A stretch of DNA of 64,000 nucleotides from Eledone cirrhosa (taxonomy: Eukaryota): contig OZ024741.1 in NCBI GenBank assembly GCA_964016885.1, forward strand, positions 337,094,001 to 337,158,000. The letters run 5' to 3'. Below the pieces are notes generated by a model. It was not told where the DNA came from. It did no database searches and saw nothing but the letters and a program-made list of their open reading frames with translations. The number at the start of each line of letters is the position of its first letter. The first letter of the stretch is position 1. Positions 14,272 through 26,550 of this stretch are shown in pieces. Position numbers and translations under genes: made by a program.

Positions 14272-15328
14272 ATCATCATCATCATCATCTTCGTTTAACG
14301 TCCATCTTCCTAGCTAGCATGGGTTAGACAAGAGTTGTCCCACTTGAGGCAAGGTTGGTCAAATGAGGTCACTCATATAGGACTATCTGGCAGATTTTCT
14401 ATGGCTGGATGCCCTTCCTAACACCAACCACATTTACAGTGTGGAACTGGGAACTTTTTACCGTGTTACATACACGACCACATTACAGCGTGGACTGTGT
14501 GTTTTTTTGTCGTGGCACCTACACGATCTCGATCTCATTATCTCATTTATTTGGACTGGTTGTTGTGGTACCAACTTTACAGAGAGAGGGTGGTGTTGGT
14601 GGGAGTGGGAGGATAGGGTAGGGGTAGTGGATTGGGGTGTATATTTGGTTAAGATGTGCCTACTGACTGTAGGTTTCGCTTTGTACATAGGCAAGGGGGG
14701 TCTTCTGTATTACTGCGTAGCCCCAAAGATCTCGGTGCAGTAACATTGTCTTAGAGAGGTGTAAGTGTGTAAGGTCGGAATTTATCAAATCGTCCCAAGC
14801 TTTTCTGGGTGTACCTACTCCGTAACTACCATCAATTATGATCGCCCTGCACTTTTTTATACAGCTCTCGTCTTTCATGCACATCACGTGGCCATACCAA
14901 CGTAGTCTTCTCTCAAGTAAACAGCATCTGATCCCTCTTATTCCTAATTTCTCACTTAGTTTATTTATGCTTTGCCGTTCACGTATTACACATCCAACGG
15001 AGCATGCATGCTTCATTCCTTTCCAGTCTGCGCAGGTCCTCTACACGCAATGCCTATGTCTTGCTGCCATGTTGCATTGTTGTTTGTATACAGGCATCAT
15101 ACAATCTGCCTTTCATTTTTAGAGGGAAACCTTTTGTGGCCAACAGTGGTATAAGCTCTCTGAACTTTTTCCATCCTATTCTGACTCTGGCTACTGAACT
15201 TTCAGAACACTTTCACCACTGCTGATTTTGTCACCCAGGTAACGGAAAGTGTCCACTATTTCTATAGAACCATCTGGGCAATTGAAGGAGCTAGTAACCT
15301 GTGGGCACTTGCTACTTTTTGCACCTGA
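14272..15328 (-). mobile_element. 5'-truncated RTE-clade LINE (decayed RT C-terminus + 3' UTR + (GAT)n tail)
   Basis: Translation includes IEIVDTFRYLGD and KLGIRGIRCCLLERRLRWYGHVMCMKDESCIKKC...GTPRKAW, typical RTE C-terminal motifs. Confidence 0.9.
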
Positions 15329-15354
15329 TTGATATATATATATATATATTATAT

Positions 15355-15578
15355 ATAGTGGTAGAACACAGGAAGGTAATATCCGTAGTGGTAGAGCACT
15401 CAGTCCATGGGACGAGTTAGGTAGAAGTGGTTGCACAACAGTTAGTTCACCATACCGAGAACAATTGTTTCACCTTACCAGATCCTCAGTTCATAATGGA
15501 CCATTACGAACTGAGGATCCGCTAAGGTGAAACAATTGTTCTCGGTATGGTGAATTAACTGTTGTGTAACCACTTCTA
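15355..15578. mobile_element. Fold-back insert in (TA)n, copy 1
   Basis: Near-perfect palindrome 15422-15578 plus a ~65-bp unpaired extension on the left; (TA)n on both sides. Confidence 0.85.
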
Positions 15579-15753
15579 TATATATATATATATTACATCA
15601 ATGTTTACCGTATATATTTATATATATTAGGTATCTTATCAAATATGTTTGATTTTTGTGCTTCAGAGTGCTTCAATATATTGTGTATTTTCTTGGATAT
15701 ATGGTTCTTTCTCTCTCTATATATATACATATATCTTTTATATTTTAATATGT

Positions 15754-16069
15754 ATCATCATCATCATTTTACGTCCGTTTTTTCCCTGCTTGCAAGGGTG
15801 GGACGGGAACTGATTCTGGCTTGATTTCTACAGCTGGATGCCCATTTACAGTGAGTACTGGGTGCTTTTTTTGCCGTGGCACCTCCACGACCACTTTACA
15901 GTGGAATAATATGGACCCCAGTCCCTATCATCTCATTTCTACAGCTGAGTAAACTGGAGCAATGTGAAATAAAGTGTCTTGCTCAAGGAAACAACACATC
16001 ACATGTGAGAATTGAACTCACAACCTTTCGATTACAAGGCCAATGCTCTAACCACCAAGCCATGTGCCT
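15754..16069 (-). mobile_element. SINE family 2
   Basis: Reverse complement of 31337-31668. Confidence 0.85.
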
Positions 16070-16365
16070 TCTTGTATATATATTGTAAATTATGATATAA
16101 GAGATTTTGCTGCTATTTTTACCATAACAATCGACCATATAGTAGCCATTTGATATTGTGTACATTTTTTATTTGTGGCAACTGAGTAGAGAAAAAATTG
16201 ATTATATCCTCTGGTGTCAGTTTTCTATGGGAAATCATGAAATATTTTGGGGCCATGGTAATTGCTCTTAGTTTGTTGCTAATGTCTTCTATTAGTTTGT
16301 TGAAGTTTGGTATTTTTGATTTTCGACATTAATACAGATTTTCAGAATGATCTCCTAATTTTCAG

Positions 16366-16413
16366 GGAACAAACAATTTGACAGAAGATATTTCAGCTTC
16401 TTTTAATGATTTT
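16366..16413 (+). CDS. Candidate small upstream exon of gene A (GTNNLTEDISASFNDF)
   Basis: ctaattttcAG|GGA...TTT|GTATGT, 48 nt. Only the phase-0 frame is open, which matches the phase-0 start of the 27252 exon. Confidence 0.2.
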
Positions 16414-16563
16414 GTATGTTGTGTTATTTTGTTTAGAAGGTCTCTTAAACAATACATATATATATGTGTGTGTGTGAGTGTGTGGGTGTGTGTGTGTATG
16501 TGTGCATGTATGTGTGTGTGTGTATACATATATATATGGCTACATGCATTTATATATATTATA

Positions 16564-16841
16564 TATAATATATATATATATCATCATCATCATCGTTTTA
16601 CGTCCGTTCTTCCACGCTAGCATAGGTTATATATATATATGTACATACATACAAACACACACATCCATAAATAAATATATATATATATATATATATACAT
16701 ATATATATTTATTTATGGATGTGTATGTGTATGTGTGTGTTTGTATGTATGTATGTACATATATATATACAACCTATGCTAGCGTGGAAGAACGGACGTA
16801 AAACGGTGATGATGATGATGATGATATATATATATATTATA
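16564..16841. repeat. Inverted duplication centred on a (TA)n tract, including an RTE 3' stub
   Basis: The stub at 16581-16628 is mirrored at 16771-16824, and the intervening gtacatacatacaaacacacacatccataaataaat is mirrored too. Confidence 0.8.
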
Positions 16842-16955
16842 AAGAACGAGGAATCGGTGTTGCATCATCTCTGCTCTGCACGAGCACCGAGTGCTCAACT
16901 GGCATACCGCCTATGGACGCATTTACCTTGCAACCCTACAACTATATATATATAT

Positions 16956-17248
16956 ATCATCATCACCATTTTAGGTCTGCTTTTCCCTGCTTGCAAGGGT
17001 GGGATGGGTCCTATTCAGCACAGCATCTCTCCATTAGTCACGGTCCTTCGTCATCTCCTCTGTGAGCTTCAGTGATCTGAGGTCAGCTCTCACCAACTCT
17101 GCCCATGATTTTTGTGGTCTTCCTCTACTGAGTCTTCCTTCTACTGGGATTTCTTGGCACTTCTTTACCCACCGGTCATCCTCCATGCACATCACATGGC
17201 CATACCAATGCAGTCTTCTCTCCTGCACACTACAGTTTATCCCTCTTA
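16956..17248 (-). mobile_element. RTE LINE 3' fragment
   Basis: ERRLHWYGHVMCMEDDRWVKKCQEIPVEGRLSRGRPQKSW. Confidence 0.88.
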
Positions 17249-17525
17249 TACACACACACACATATGCCAGCACACATATTGACAATACACGAATTATTTA
17301 AATAATAATAATAATGAAATTATTGTGTACAGTGTTCAGGTGCACAACTCATCAATATATGTTTACCAGATTTAATAGATCCCTCTGCCAAAGTCCACTC
17401 TGTTACAAGCATTAAATCCAAATCTCTGATTTGGGGATAACTTCCTTCTCTCCTCACACTAATCTCCATGGCCTTAAATATTATTGCCCTTTCTGCTCTG
17501 GCTAAGCCAAGAAAAAATACATAAA

Positions 17526-17734
17526 TATGTAGGTCGGCTAAAAAGTTCATATGCTAACCAAGATACTCACATGGAATGACCAAACGAGGTTTATTTTTTC
17601 AACTTAATCTCTGGAAAGAAACAATGCAGTTATTAATAAGAACAGTTGAAATTAATGCATGCAAGATTTCACAGCCGAAGATTTCATGTCACTCCTTTAT
17701 ATTTTTCCTATGAACATTTCAGTTAACCATCGTA
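17526..17734. mobile_element. Second copy of the mariner-type MITE (opposite orientation)
   Basis: The internal sequence is the diverged reverse complement of 63779-63979. Confidence 0.75.
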
Positions 17735-18095
17735 CATATATTTCTCCCTGCATCAGAAAGCTAAATCACAGTTTTACTGTTATTGTTATCTGATTAAGAG
17801 AAAAACCTGAGATTTAATACTAAACTACATTAGGAACATTCTCTGGATGCCCGGCAAATATTGCTAAGAAAAGAATAGAGGTGATGTTAAATCTTATGAC
17901 CAGAGAAATAACAAAAACTGATATAGACTAATCACATTAACCTTTATCTATATAAAGATAGAATAAAGGTATAACTGTTTAGTCCAACAATTTGTCCACT
18001 TCGATACATGTGTACATTGAAACATATATATATATATAGTATACAAAGCCGAATTTTTAGATGTTTGAAGCACTGAGAATATATGTATATATATA

Positions 18096-18280
18096 TAAGT
18101 ATAAAGAAAATGCTCAAGCACAAAAATGCAATGAAGATAGCTTATAGAATAGGGTAAACACCCTTAAAAGATGGAAAAAGAAGTTGCCATCGGCCATTTT
18201 TTCGACTTTTAAGAGTGTTCACCCTATTTTATAAGCTATCTTTGTAGCATTTCCGTGCTTGAGCACTTTCTTTATACTTA
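18096..18280. repeat. Old diverged fold-back between (TA)n and (CA)n
   Basis: ~85-bp arms (taagtataaagaaaatgctcaagcac... / ...gtgcttgagcactttctttatactta) with many substitutions. Confidence 0.8.
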
Positions 18281-18406
18281 CACACACACACACATATGTA
18301 TACATACACATATGCACACACATTCAACAACATAATACTACATTGGAATACATCTATACTTTGTCAATTTTGTCACATATGGATTAACACACACACATGT
18401 GTGTTT

Positions 18407-18455
<49 letters not shown>

Positions 18456-18556
18456 AGCATGGAAGATAGACGTTAAACGATGATGATGATGATGATATAT
18501 GTATGTATGTGTATATATTATATATATATATGTGTATGTATATATATATATATATG

Positions 18557-18624
<68 letters not shown>

Positions 18625-19471
18625 CAATGATAAGGGTTTAGATCAATATCCATGATTTTGATCTTGTTGTTTACAATTTGCTCAACAAATTCATTTGGAG
18701 CATACGCAAAGGAGTAATTGTAATACAACATCCCAGCCAGAAGCCTAAAGCTATGAAAACAACGTAATTAATGTATTGATTGATTAACATATAAAAACGT
18801 TAAAGTACTCACCAATTGAAACAGCCAGTATCTTCCTAGTTCTTCTCATCACTGGCGGCTCGCCTTACTGATGTGTCAGGTGTGCCCATGAAGGTGCCTG
18901 GTTGTTTCAGGGCCTTAGCCTCTCCACACCCGTGGTAATGTTGCAAGCATGTTGGCTTACCTCAAAGTGTCCCATTGACCTCTGTGATGGGTGGCCGATT
19001 GTCGCACTTGCTGTTGAATTGATGGTAATTTTCGTTTTTGTTTCTGCTTCCTTTTTTATTTTACTTCTTTTCTGATATTTGTATAAAGTTATCTATTATT
19101 ACTGTTCTCACTCACACACACACACATACACACACATACCAAGCGATTTAAGGCAATTTTCCCTGCTAAATTAGGGTTTGCTTTTGTGAACGTCATGATA
19201 GATTCTGCCAGGATTAAAATACCCAAGAAATGCCATATGCTATTATGGCGCCCCCATAACTCCATCAGGAGTTATGGGACAAAGTCATACAATAACATGC
19301 TGATAAAACTAAGAGTCATAATACAGAATAATCTTAATGCTACATTAAGCAGTTACACTCTGCTTCAATATTGTGAACCACTTTTAAATTTGAATGGCAG
19401 ATTCACTGAGCCATTGAACACTTTATTTCATATCCATAAGCTTTGTTCCCATGAACACAAACATGAAAATA

Positions 19472-19529
<58 letters not shown>

Positions 19530-19639
19530 TTATAAGTCACTACTTTAAAACAATAGCGTAAGGTCTTCAAAATGCTTTTAATTAAGCATACAGTGTATTG
19601 CAAAATACACTGTATATACATTCATATATATATAATATA

Positions 19640-19975
19640 TATTACTGAGTTCAAATATCGTCGGGGTTAGCTTTCCTTTCATGCTTACGGGGTCGACAAA
19701 TTAAAGTACCAGTCACGCACTGGGATCGGTTTAATAACCTTTCCCCTTCCCTCAAAATTGCTGGCCTTGTACTTAAATAACCATTATTATTATTATTATT
19801 ATTATTAGAGTATCGGATGCCATGCTTTGCAGCATAGAGTTACGTCTCCTTACAGCCTGAGTGCAAATCCCTCTGAGGTTAACTTTGCCTTTAATCCTTA
19901 CGGTGTTGATAAAATGAAGTACCAGTAACGTATTGGGATAATTGCTGGCTTTGTTCCAAAAGTAGAAACAATTAT
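19640..19975 (+). mobile_element. Two 5'-truncated SINE family 1 copies
   Basis: B box and 3' end, separated by (ATT)n. Confidence 0.85.
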
Positions 19976-20186
19976 TATAGAAATGACTTTATAGGGCTAG
20001 AAATGTTTTATTTGTAGGATATTTTCATTGGAATTTTCTGATGATTTCTTACAAATGAAAAAGTTCTAGTCCTGTAAAATCATTTCTATAATAAAATATA
20101 TATGCCTATACTCTACTAACGTATTGAGTACCTTTTTTAACTGTGGTCACCTCCTGCTCCTGATATATATATCATGAATCCACACA

Positions 20187-20221
<35 letters not shown>

Positions 20222-20743
20222 AGAGTGAGAGAGAGAAAGATAAGTCTCCGTTGTTTCCAACGAGTGCTTCAGTTGAATAAATTAATGGAACTTCCTGCTT
20301 GAGTAAGTGTTTTCACATTCCACAGATATGTGCACTTTTAAAGTAATTTTGGGGGAGATTCAGCTTAACAAAATATGTCACAAGGCGGGCCCCTTTAATC
20401 ACAGGTATAGATTTTTTTTGCAAGCAGATTAGACTAGAGCAATGTGAAATAAAGTGCTTTGCTTAAGGTCACAGTACAATGTATAGGCTGGGTTTCAAAC
20501 TCATGAAACCTTATGATCACGAGCCAAACACACAACCCACAAAGCTGCACACCTTCATATATGTCATATAAAATGTGTGACAAAAGTGCATTGACAATTA
20601 ACAAGTAAACAACCATCCAGTTATTAAACTAACTGACAGAAGAATTAGTTCTTAACCAATAATAATGAATTGAAGGAAAACTCAAGTGGTGCATATGTTT
20701 TTATTGGCAGCATGACCCTACTTACAACTACATATATATATAT

Positions 20744-21433
20744 ATTGTCCTAATAACTTATTTTAGTTATTTTCGCACCAACGTGAGGTATATGATTTTT
20801 AATACGATGAAATACCAATGATCGTTGGCAAATCACTGATGAGGGACTCATTTTATAACATGTTATCCATGTGCAACCTGCAGTATTCTTCTCCCGATAT
20901 TTTTCATATATTTACCTAAACTGCGATTCTGTGTTTCTCTCTTTCTCTCTTACTGCTCCCTCGTTCTCTCTGTTTCTCTTACTTTCTTTCGTCCCCTCTG
21001 TCATGTCAGTTAACACTTTCTCTCTACTGACCTCTTCCTCGCACTTCCACTCACTCACTCTCTGTTTCTCCTCTTCTTACTTCCTCCCGCTCGCTACGAA
21101 AACGATTTTCCTTCTTTCTAACATCGGATTCACTAGCGGAAGGTCTGTTTCTAACTCGCACGTATATTCACACAGCTTATGCTGATAGAATAACCATGTT
21201 GCTTGTGTTTGTTTCCATCTTCGGTTAGCTTTCCCCTGTGTTGTTTACTTGTCTCACTCGCTTTACGCGTTTCAATTGTCCTAATAACTTATTTTAGTTA
21301 TTATCGCACCAACGTGAGGTATATGATTTTTAATGCGATGAAATACCAATGATCGTTGGCAAATCACTGATGAGGGACTCATTTTATAACATGTTATCCA
21401 TGTGCAACCATGCAATATTCTTCTCCCCATATT

Positions 21434-21441
<8 letters not shown>
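20744..21441 (+). mobile_element. Insert in (TA)n with ~165-bp direct terminal repeats (pLTR/retrozyme-like)
   Basis: 20744-20910 is repeated at 21275-21441 (period 531). Each copy contains CTGATGAGGGA; there is no credible ORF. Confidence 0.7.
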
Positions 21442-21518
<77 letters not shown>

Positions 21519-21536
21519 TATATATCTACATATATA

Positions 21537-21740
21537 TAGAAGTGGTTACACAACAGTTAGTTCACCATACCGAGAACAATTGTTTCACCTTAGCGGATCC
21601 TCAGCTCGTAAATCCGCTAAGGTGAAACAATTGTTCTCGGTATGGTGAACTAACTGTTGTGTAACCACTTCTACCTAACTCGTCCCATGGACTGAGTGCT
21701 CTACCACTACGGATATTACCTTCCAGTGTTCTACCACTAT
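21537..21740. mobile_element. Fold-back insert in (TA)n, copy 2 (reverse orientation of 15355-15578)
   Basis: Palindrome 21537-21673 plus an extension to 21740. Same ends as copy 1 but a shorter centre. Confidence 0.85.
21571..21608 (-). ncRNA. Minimal type I hammerhead-like motif (second copy at 15507-15544, + strand)
   Basis: CGAG-CTGAGGA-tCCgctaaGGt-GAAA-caattg-TT-CTCG. Stem I CGAG/CTCG, with a palindromic stem III region AACAATTGTT as in dimer-forming minimal hammerheads. Confidence 0.65.
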
Positions 21741-22372
21741 ATATACACAGACATATATATATATAAATATATATGCATACACACACACATATATATATAT
21801 ATTACTATACTCTCATATTGAGTATTGTATTTCTGTTCACATGAATTAATTTTCAGTATACATTATAGTGGAAAATATGTGTGTATGCTATATTGTTTGT
21901 ATGTGTGTGTATGTGTGAATGCATGAATGGACTCATATGCATGTGAATATATTTGTTTATGCACATATGTGTGTTTGCACACACACATATGTGCATAAAT
22001 ATCTGTTTTCTACAATTCATTCTTGCATGGACATTTATAAATACCAGAGACACATAATTCTATACTTTATTCAATAAATATATTTATTTTGCATTTACAT
22101 TTACATATACCTGTATCTATATATGCATACACACATGTGTGTATTTATGTGAGTATGTATATATATTGTTTATATACATACATATACATACCCCATGCAT
22201 ACACATACATTTCTGTCTATTCACATAATGTTGTGAATCTATAACTTTTCAATTATATACATTTATTTGTGTGTGCATGTGTAATGGGAAGTATGTGTGT
22301 GTGTGTGTGCATATATAATGTATGCATGCATGTATAGGTATATGTGTGTATGCATGTGTGTATGCATGTGTT

Positions 22373-22409
<37 letters not shown>

Positions 22410-22441
22410 AATTATGTATATATTTATATATATATATATAC

Positions 22442-22521
<80 letters not shown>

Positions 22522-22667
22522 ATGTATATGTTTGAGCATGTTGGTGTGTGCATATACACATGTGTGTATGTATGTCTTTAAATATATATATATATACATA
22601 TATATGTGTGTGTGTATGTACATATGCCTGTACATTCATTTAATTTTGCTACTCCATTATTTGATAG

Positions 22668-22725
22668 ATGAACTGCTTAAAGAAAGTATTTATGAAAATT
22701 GTGCTGGCAGGCCAGACATTTGGTG
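22668..22725 (+). CDS. Candidate exon ([19 protein letters not shown])
   Basis: Acceptor ttatttgatAG and donor TG|GTAATT, with a YEN tyrosine motif. Its phase does not join directly to 27252, so it is uncertain. Confidence 0.2.
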
Positions 22726-23989
22726 GTAATTTACTGTGACAATCACTATACAATACTTGTGAGTCACTAATGAGCTGAAAGAGAAATGTGTATTGATCTG
22801 CTTGCACTGTATACTGTTTAGCTACTAAGCAAGGCACTTCCTGCAGTTTATCAAAGGACCTGGTGTTTTCCTTTGATGATTCTAATGGCACCTCTGTTAT
22901 GGAGATTCTTTATCATATTCTCACTGGTTAATTACCATAGATTAATAGTTCAACGGAATATTTAAAAGCCCGAAAGGAAACCATCGAAATGGAATCGGCT
23001 CGTGACTCAAGTATTAATTATATCAATCTTGTGAACATGTTTATCATGATTGGTTGCAGGCTAATTGACAAATAGCAAATTAATTCTAATTCTTGCACAA
23101 TTTTTCAACTGCAGATACTATTGGACTTGATTGCAAGAAATTCAGTATTCAGTATGCGTTATTCAGAATGGTCATGTTAATAAAATGAAATAATTGCTTT
23201 GTTGTTCTTCATCGTCGTCTATCTCACATTTGTAATGAAAAAGAATGTTTTTGTATATTTTGGTAGATTGTTGGTAATTTTACTGCTTTTCACACTTTCG
23301 TTAATTTTATAGATTTAACCAAGTCAAGTCAGCAGTTTGTGTTAAAGAGGGTGGTATGGGGTGGGTAGAAGGTCAAGGAATTATTGCATTGCCATAGAAA
23401 CCAGAAAAGTTAATTTAATTTCTTCCAAAGGGGGGAAATTTTAGCATTCCTTGTTTGTTTGACCCCAGTGTTAGCCAAAGACCACACCTTAAATGATAGC
23501 TAATTACTCTAAAGTGAGAATTCTGATCAGGATATATAGCAGATCAATAACCACTGGCTGTCACTGTGGACACTATCATTAAATAGCGAAGTAAATAGCA
23601 CTAAAAAGGGGGTGGAGTACTTAGTTGAGCTTGAAAATCTTTAATTACATCAGATAAAATGACCATGACCACATTTTTCACTTTCTACCATTTCTTCAAT
23701 ACTACTCTGCACTTTGAAGGTGCAGCTCTACTCAATACAGGCTTTATGCTAATGTCTTCTAATTTACAGCTTTTATTCCCACATTCTTTGCCTTATTGCT
23801 TTCCCTCAAACCAACCTACTTGCCTTACATAATTTAAACTCCAGCCACCAGCTTGAATTTTAGTATATCTCCATATATTTCAGATTCTGTTCACTCATTA
23901 AGTTGGAATAATATTGTCAGTGAATTTTTATCGTTAAAACTGTTGTTGTGATTATTATTATTATTTTGCTGTTGTTTTTGTTGTTGTTT

Positions 23990-24027
<38 letters not shown>

Positions 24028-24715
24028 GGGGTGGTGGATTGGTAGAATCGGTAGAGCTTCGGAGCTTTGTGGCATAGAGTTATGACCCTTTACGTTCTGA
24101 GTTCAAATCCTGCTGAGGTTAGCTTTGCCTGTCATCCTTATCGGGTGGATAAAGTAAAAAAGCAGTAATGCACTGAGGTTGATTTAATTGACTTTCCCCT
24201 CCCCCAAAATGATGTCTAAATCAGAAACCATTATTATTATTATTATTATTATTATTATAGAAAGCAGTGGAATGTCAGTATTGGTAGTACGTGGGACGAC
24301 ATGTTTTGGGGCATATAATTACGGCCCTTTACATTCTGAGTTTAAATACTACCAAGGTTAGCTTTGCCATTCAGCCTTATAGGGTGAATAAAATAAAGAA
24401 CAAGTAATGCTCTGGGGTCGATTTAATTGACTTTCCCCTTGCCCAACATTGTTGGCCTTGTGCTTAAATCAGAAACCATTATTGGAAGAACTTATATGCG
24501 GGGTGGTGGATTGGCAGAATTGTTTGTGCAATGGACAAATGATTAGCCAAAATTGTTCCAGCTCTTTATGTTCAGAGTTCCAATTCTGCTGAGGTCAACT
24601 TTGCCTTTCATTCTTCCAGAGTTGAACAAATAAAGTACAGTTAAGTACTGCAATCGATGTAATCGACTTTCCCCTCCCCAGAAAGTGTTGTTCTTGAGCT
24701 TAAATTAGAAATCAT
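24028..24715 (+). mobile_element. Three older tandem SINE family 1 copies
   Basis: Diverged A/B boxes, with the longer 3' variant containing gatttaattgactttcccct. Confidence 0.85.
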
Positions 24716-25199
24716 CATCATCATCATTATTTTTTTTTTTTTTTTTTTACACTGTATCGTCCTGTACCGTCTTTAATGTCTCCTTAATGTGAACAGTGTG
24801 TGGCTAATAAAGAAAGCATTATTATTATTATTATTTCTTTTCATTTAAATTTTCAATTCTTATTCTGTTATTGATTTTGCTTCTTTAAAATAGCCCAAAA
24901 CAAATATAAAATCCCATTTAAATGTCAGAATAGCTGTCCTAGGTAAACATTTCCTTTTTTAATCATAGAATGATTGGCCAACACACTTTGTCTAGCATGG
25001 GTAGAACTGAAATGTCCATATTGTTAAGGTGTAACAGATTTTAGTTTAATGAATTTTTAATTAAAATATAATTGTTTCTACTTTTGACACAAGGCCATCA
25101 ATTACCCAATACATTACTGGTACTTTATTTTATCGACCCCGTAATTTTTAATTAAAATATAATGAAAGCTGCACATACATACATACATATATATATATA

Positions 25200-25636
25200 A
25201 GCAGAAGGGATATTCAATTTGTTGGTAATTCAACAAATATAAATGTTTATAACCGATTCAGAGCACTCGACAGGTTTTCTGGAGTATAATATTCAATGGT
25301 ATTAAATAAATGGAAACTATATTTATAAAGCCATATTTATTCTATTATATATATTTCAAGGGTACCAAAAACTTTGGTACGCTTTCAACAGATAAAATAC
25401 AAAGTGTGTTTTATAAATTTTGACATAGCCAAGGAACATAGCTTAACGGTTGAAGTTTTCCTTGGATAGTCAAGGAAAACTTCAACCGTTAAGCTATGTT
25501 CCTTGGCTATGTCAAAATTTATAAAACACACTTTGTATTTTATCTGTTGAAAGCGTACCAAAGTTTTTGGTACCCTTGAAATATATATAATAGAATAAAT
25601 ATGGCTTTATAAATATAGTTTCCATTTATTTAATAT

Positions 25637-25641
<5 letters not shown>
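25200..25641. mobile_element. Fold-back insert with 171-bp arms
   Basis: 25294-25464 and 25471-25641 are reverse complements with 1 mismatch and a 6-nt spacer GATAGT. ~95-bp unpaired extension on the left; TA flanks. Confidence 0.9.
25536..25597 (+). ncRNA. Type I hammerhead-like motif with variant core (CUGUUGA); mirrored at 25338-25399 on the - strand
   Basis: TATTTTAT-CTGTTGA-AAGcGTACCAAagtttTTGGTACcCTT-GAAA-tatata-TA-ATAGAATA. 8-bp stem I and ~10-bp stem II. Confidence 0.6.
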
Positions 25642-25717
<76 letters not shown>

Positions 25718-25892
25718 TAGATATATAGATATACTGTAGTTACCCCCAATTGAACCCGGGATACACACACACACATGCACACATATATATATATATAGTA
25801 ATAATAATTAAAAAGACCAAAATCTGAAGAGGGCTCAATAAGGATCATATATATATATATAATAAAAAGGTGTATATAAACCCATAGACCAA

Positions 25893-25996
25893 ATATTTAT
25901 TATTAGAACAGATTAAAGTTTAAGCAAAGAATCACTGCTTCAGAAGATCCCGTTAAGCAGCGATTCTTTGCTTAAACTTTAATCTGTACTAATAAT
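25893..25996. mobile_element. Small fold-back insert, right arm interrupted by a SINE
   Basis: 25893-25940 is inverted versus 25955-25996 (+26199-26203). The centre cagaagatcccgttaag matches the family at 58021-58085. Confidence 0.75.
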
Positions 25997-26180
25997 TGTT
26001 TCTACTTTAGGCACAAGGCCAGCAATTACCCAGTGCATTACTGGTACTTTATTTTATCGACCTCGTAAGGATGAAAGGCAAAGTCAACCTTGGCGGGATT
26101 TGAACTCAGATCGTAAAGGGACGTAACTATGCTGGAAAGAATGGCGTCCGACCCTCTACTGATACTGCCAATCCACCGCC
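25997..26180 (-). mobile_element. Young full-length SINE family 1 with TSD
   Basis: TSD ttaatctgtactaataat at 25979-25996 and 26181-26198. Confidence 0.92.
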
Positions 26181-26387
26181 TTAATCTGTACTAATAATAA
26201 ATGTCTATGCATACATGGGAACATATAATTATGGAATATATTTTTATATATAGTCCATGTTATATTTTAAAACTTAATATATATTTTCATTATTTTAATA
26301 TTTCTCTAAGCTGTTTAGCATTTTGAGAAGAGTTATTGCACCTGTGTAAGTATGTGTGACTGTATGATCAGCTTGCATTATATTTTA

Positions 26388-26550
26388 GGGTCGGACGCCA
26401 TGCTTTGACGCATAGAGTTACGGTCCTTGCCATTCTGAGTTCAAATCTTGCTGAGGTTAACTTTGCCTTTCATCCTTTCGGGGTCGATAAAATAAAGTAC
26501 CAGTAATACACTGGGTAATTGCTGGCCTTGTGTCAAATGTAGAAACAATT
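26388..26550 (+). mobile_element. SINE family 1, slightly 5'-truncated
   Basis: Matches the family sequence seen elsewhere in the window. Confidence 0.88.
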
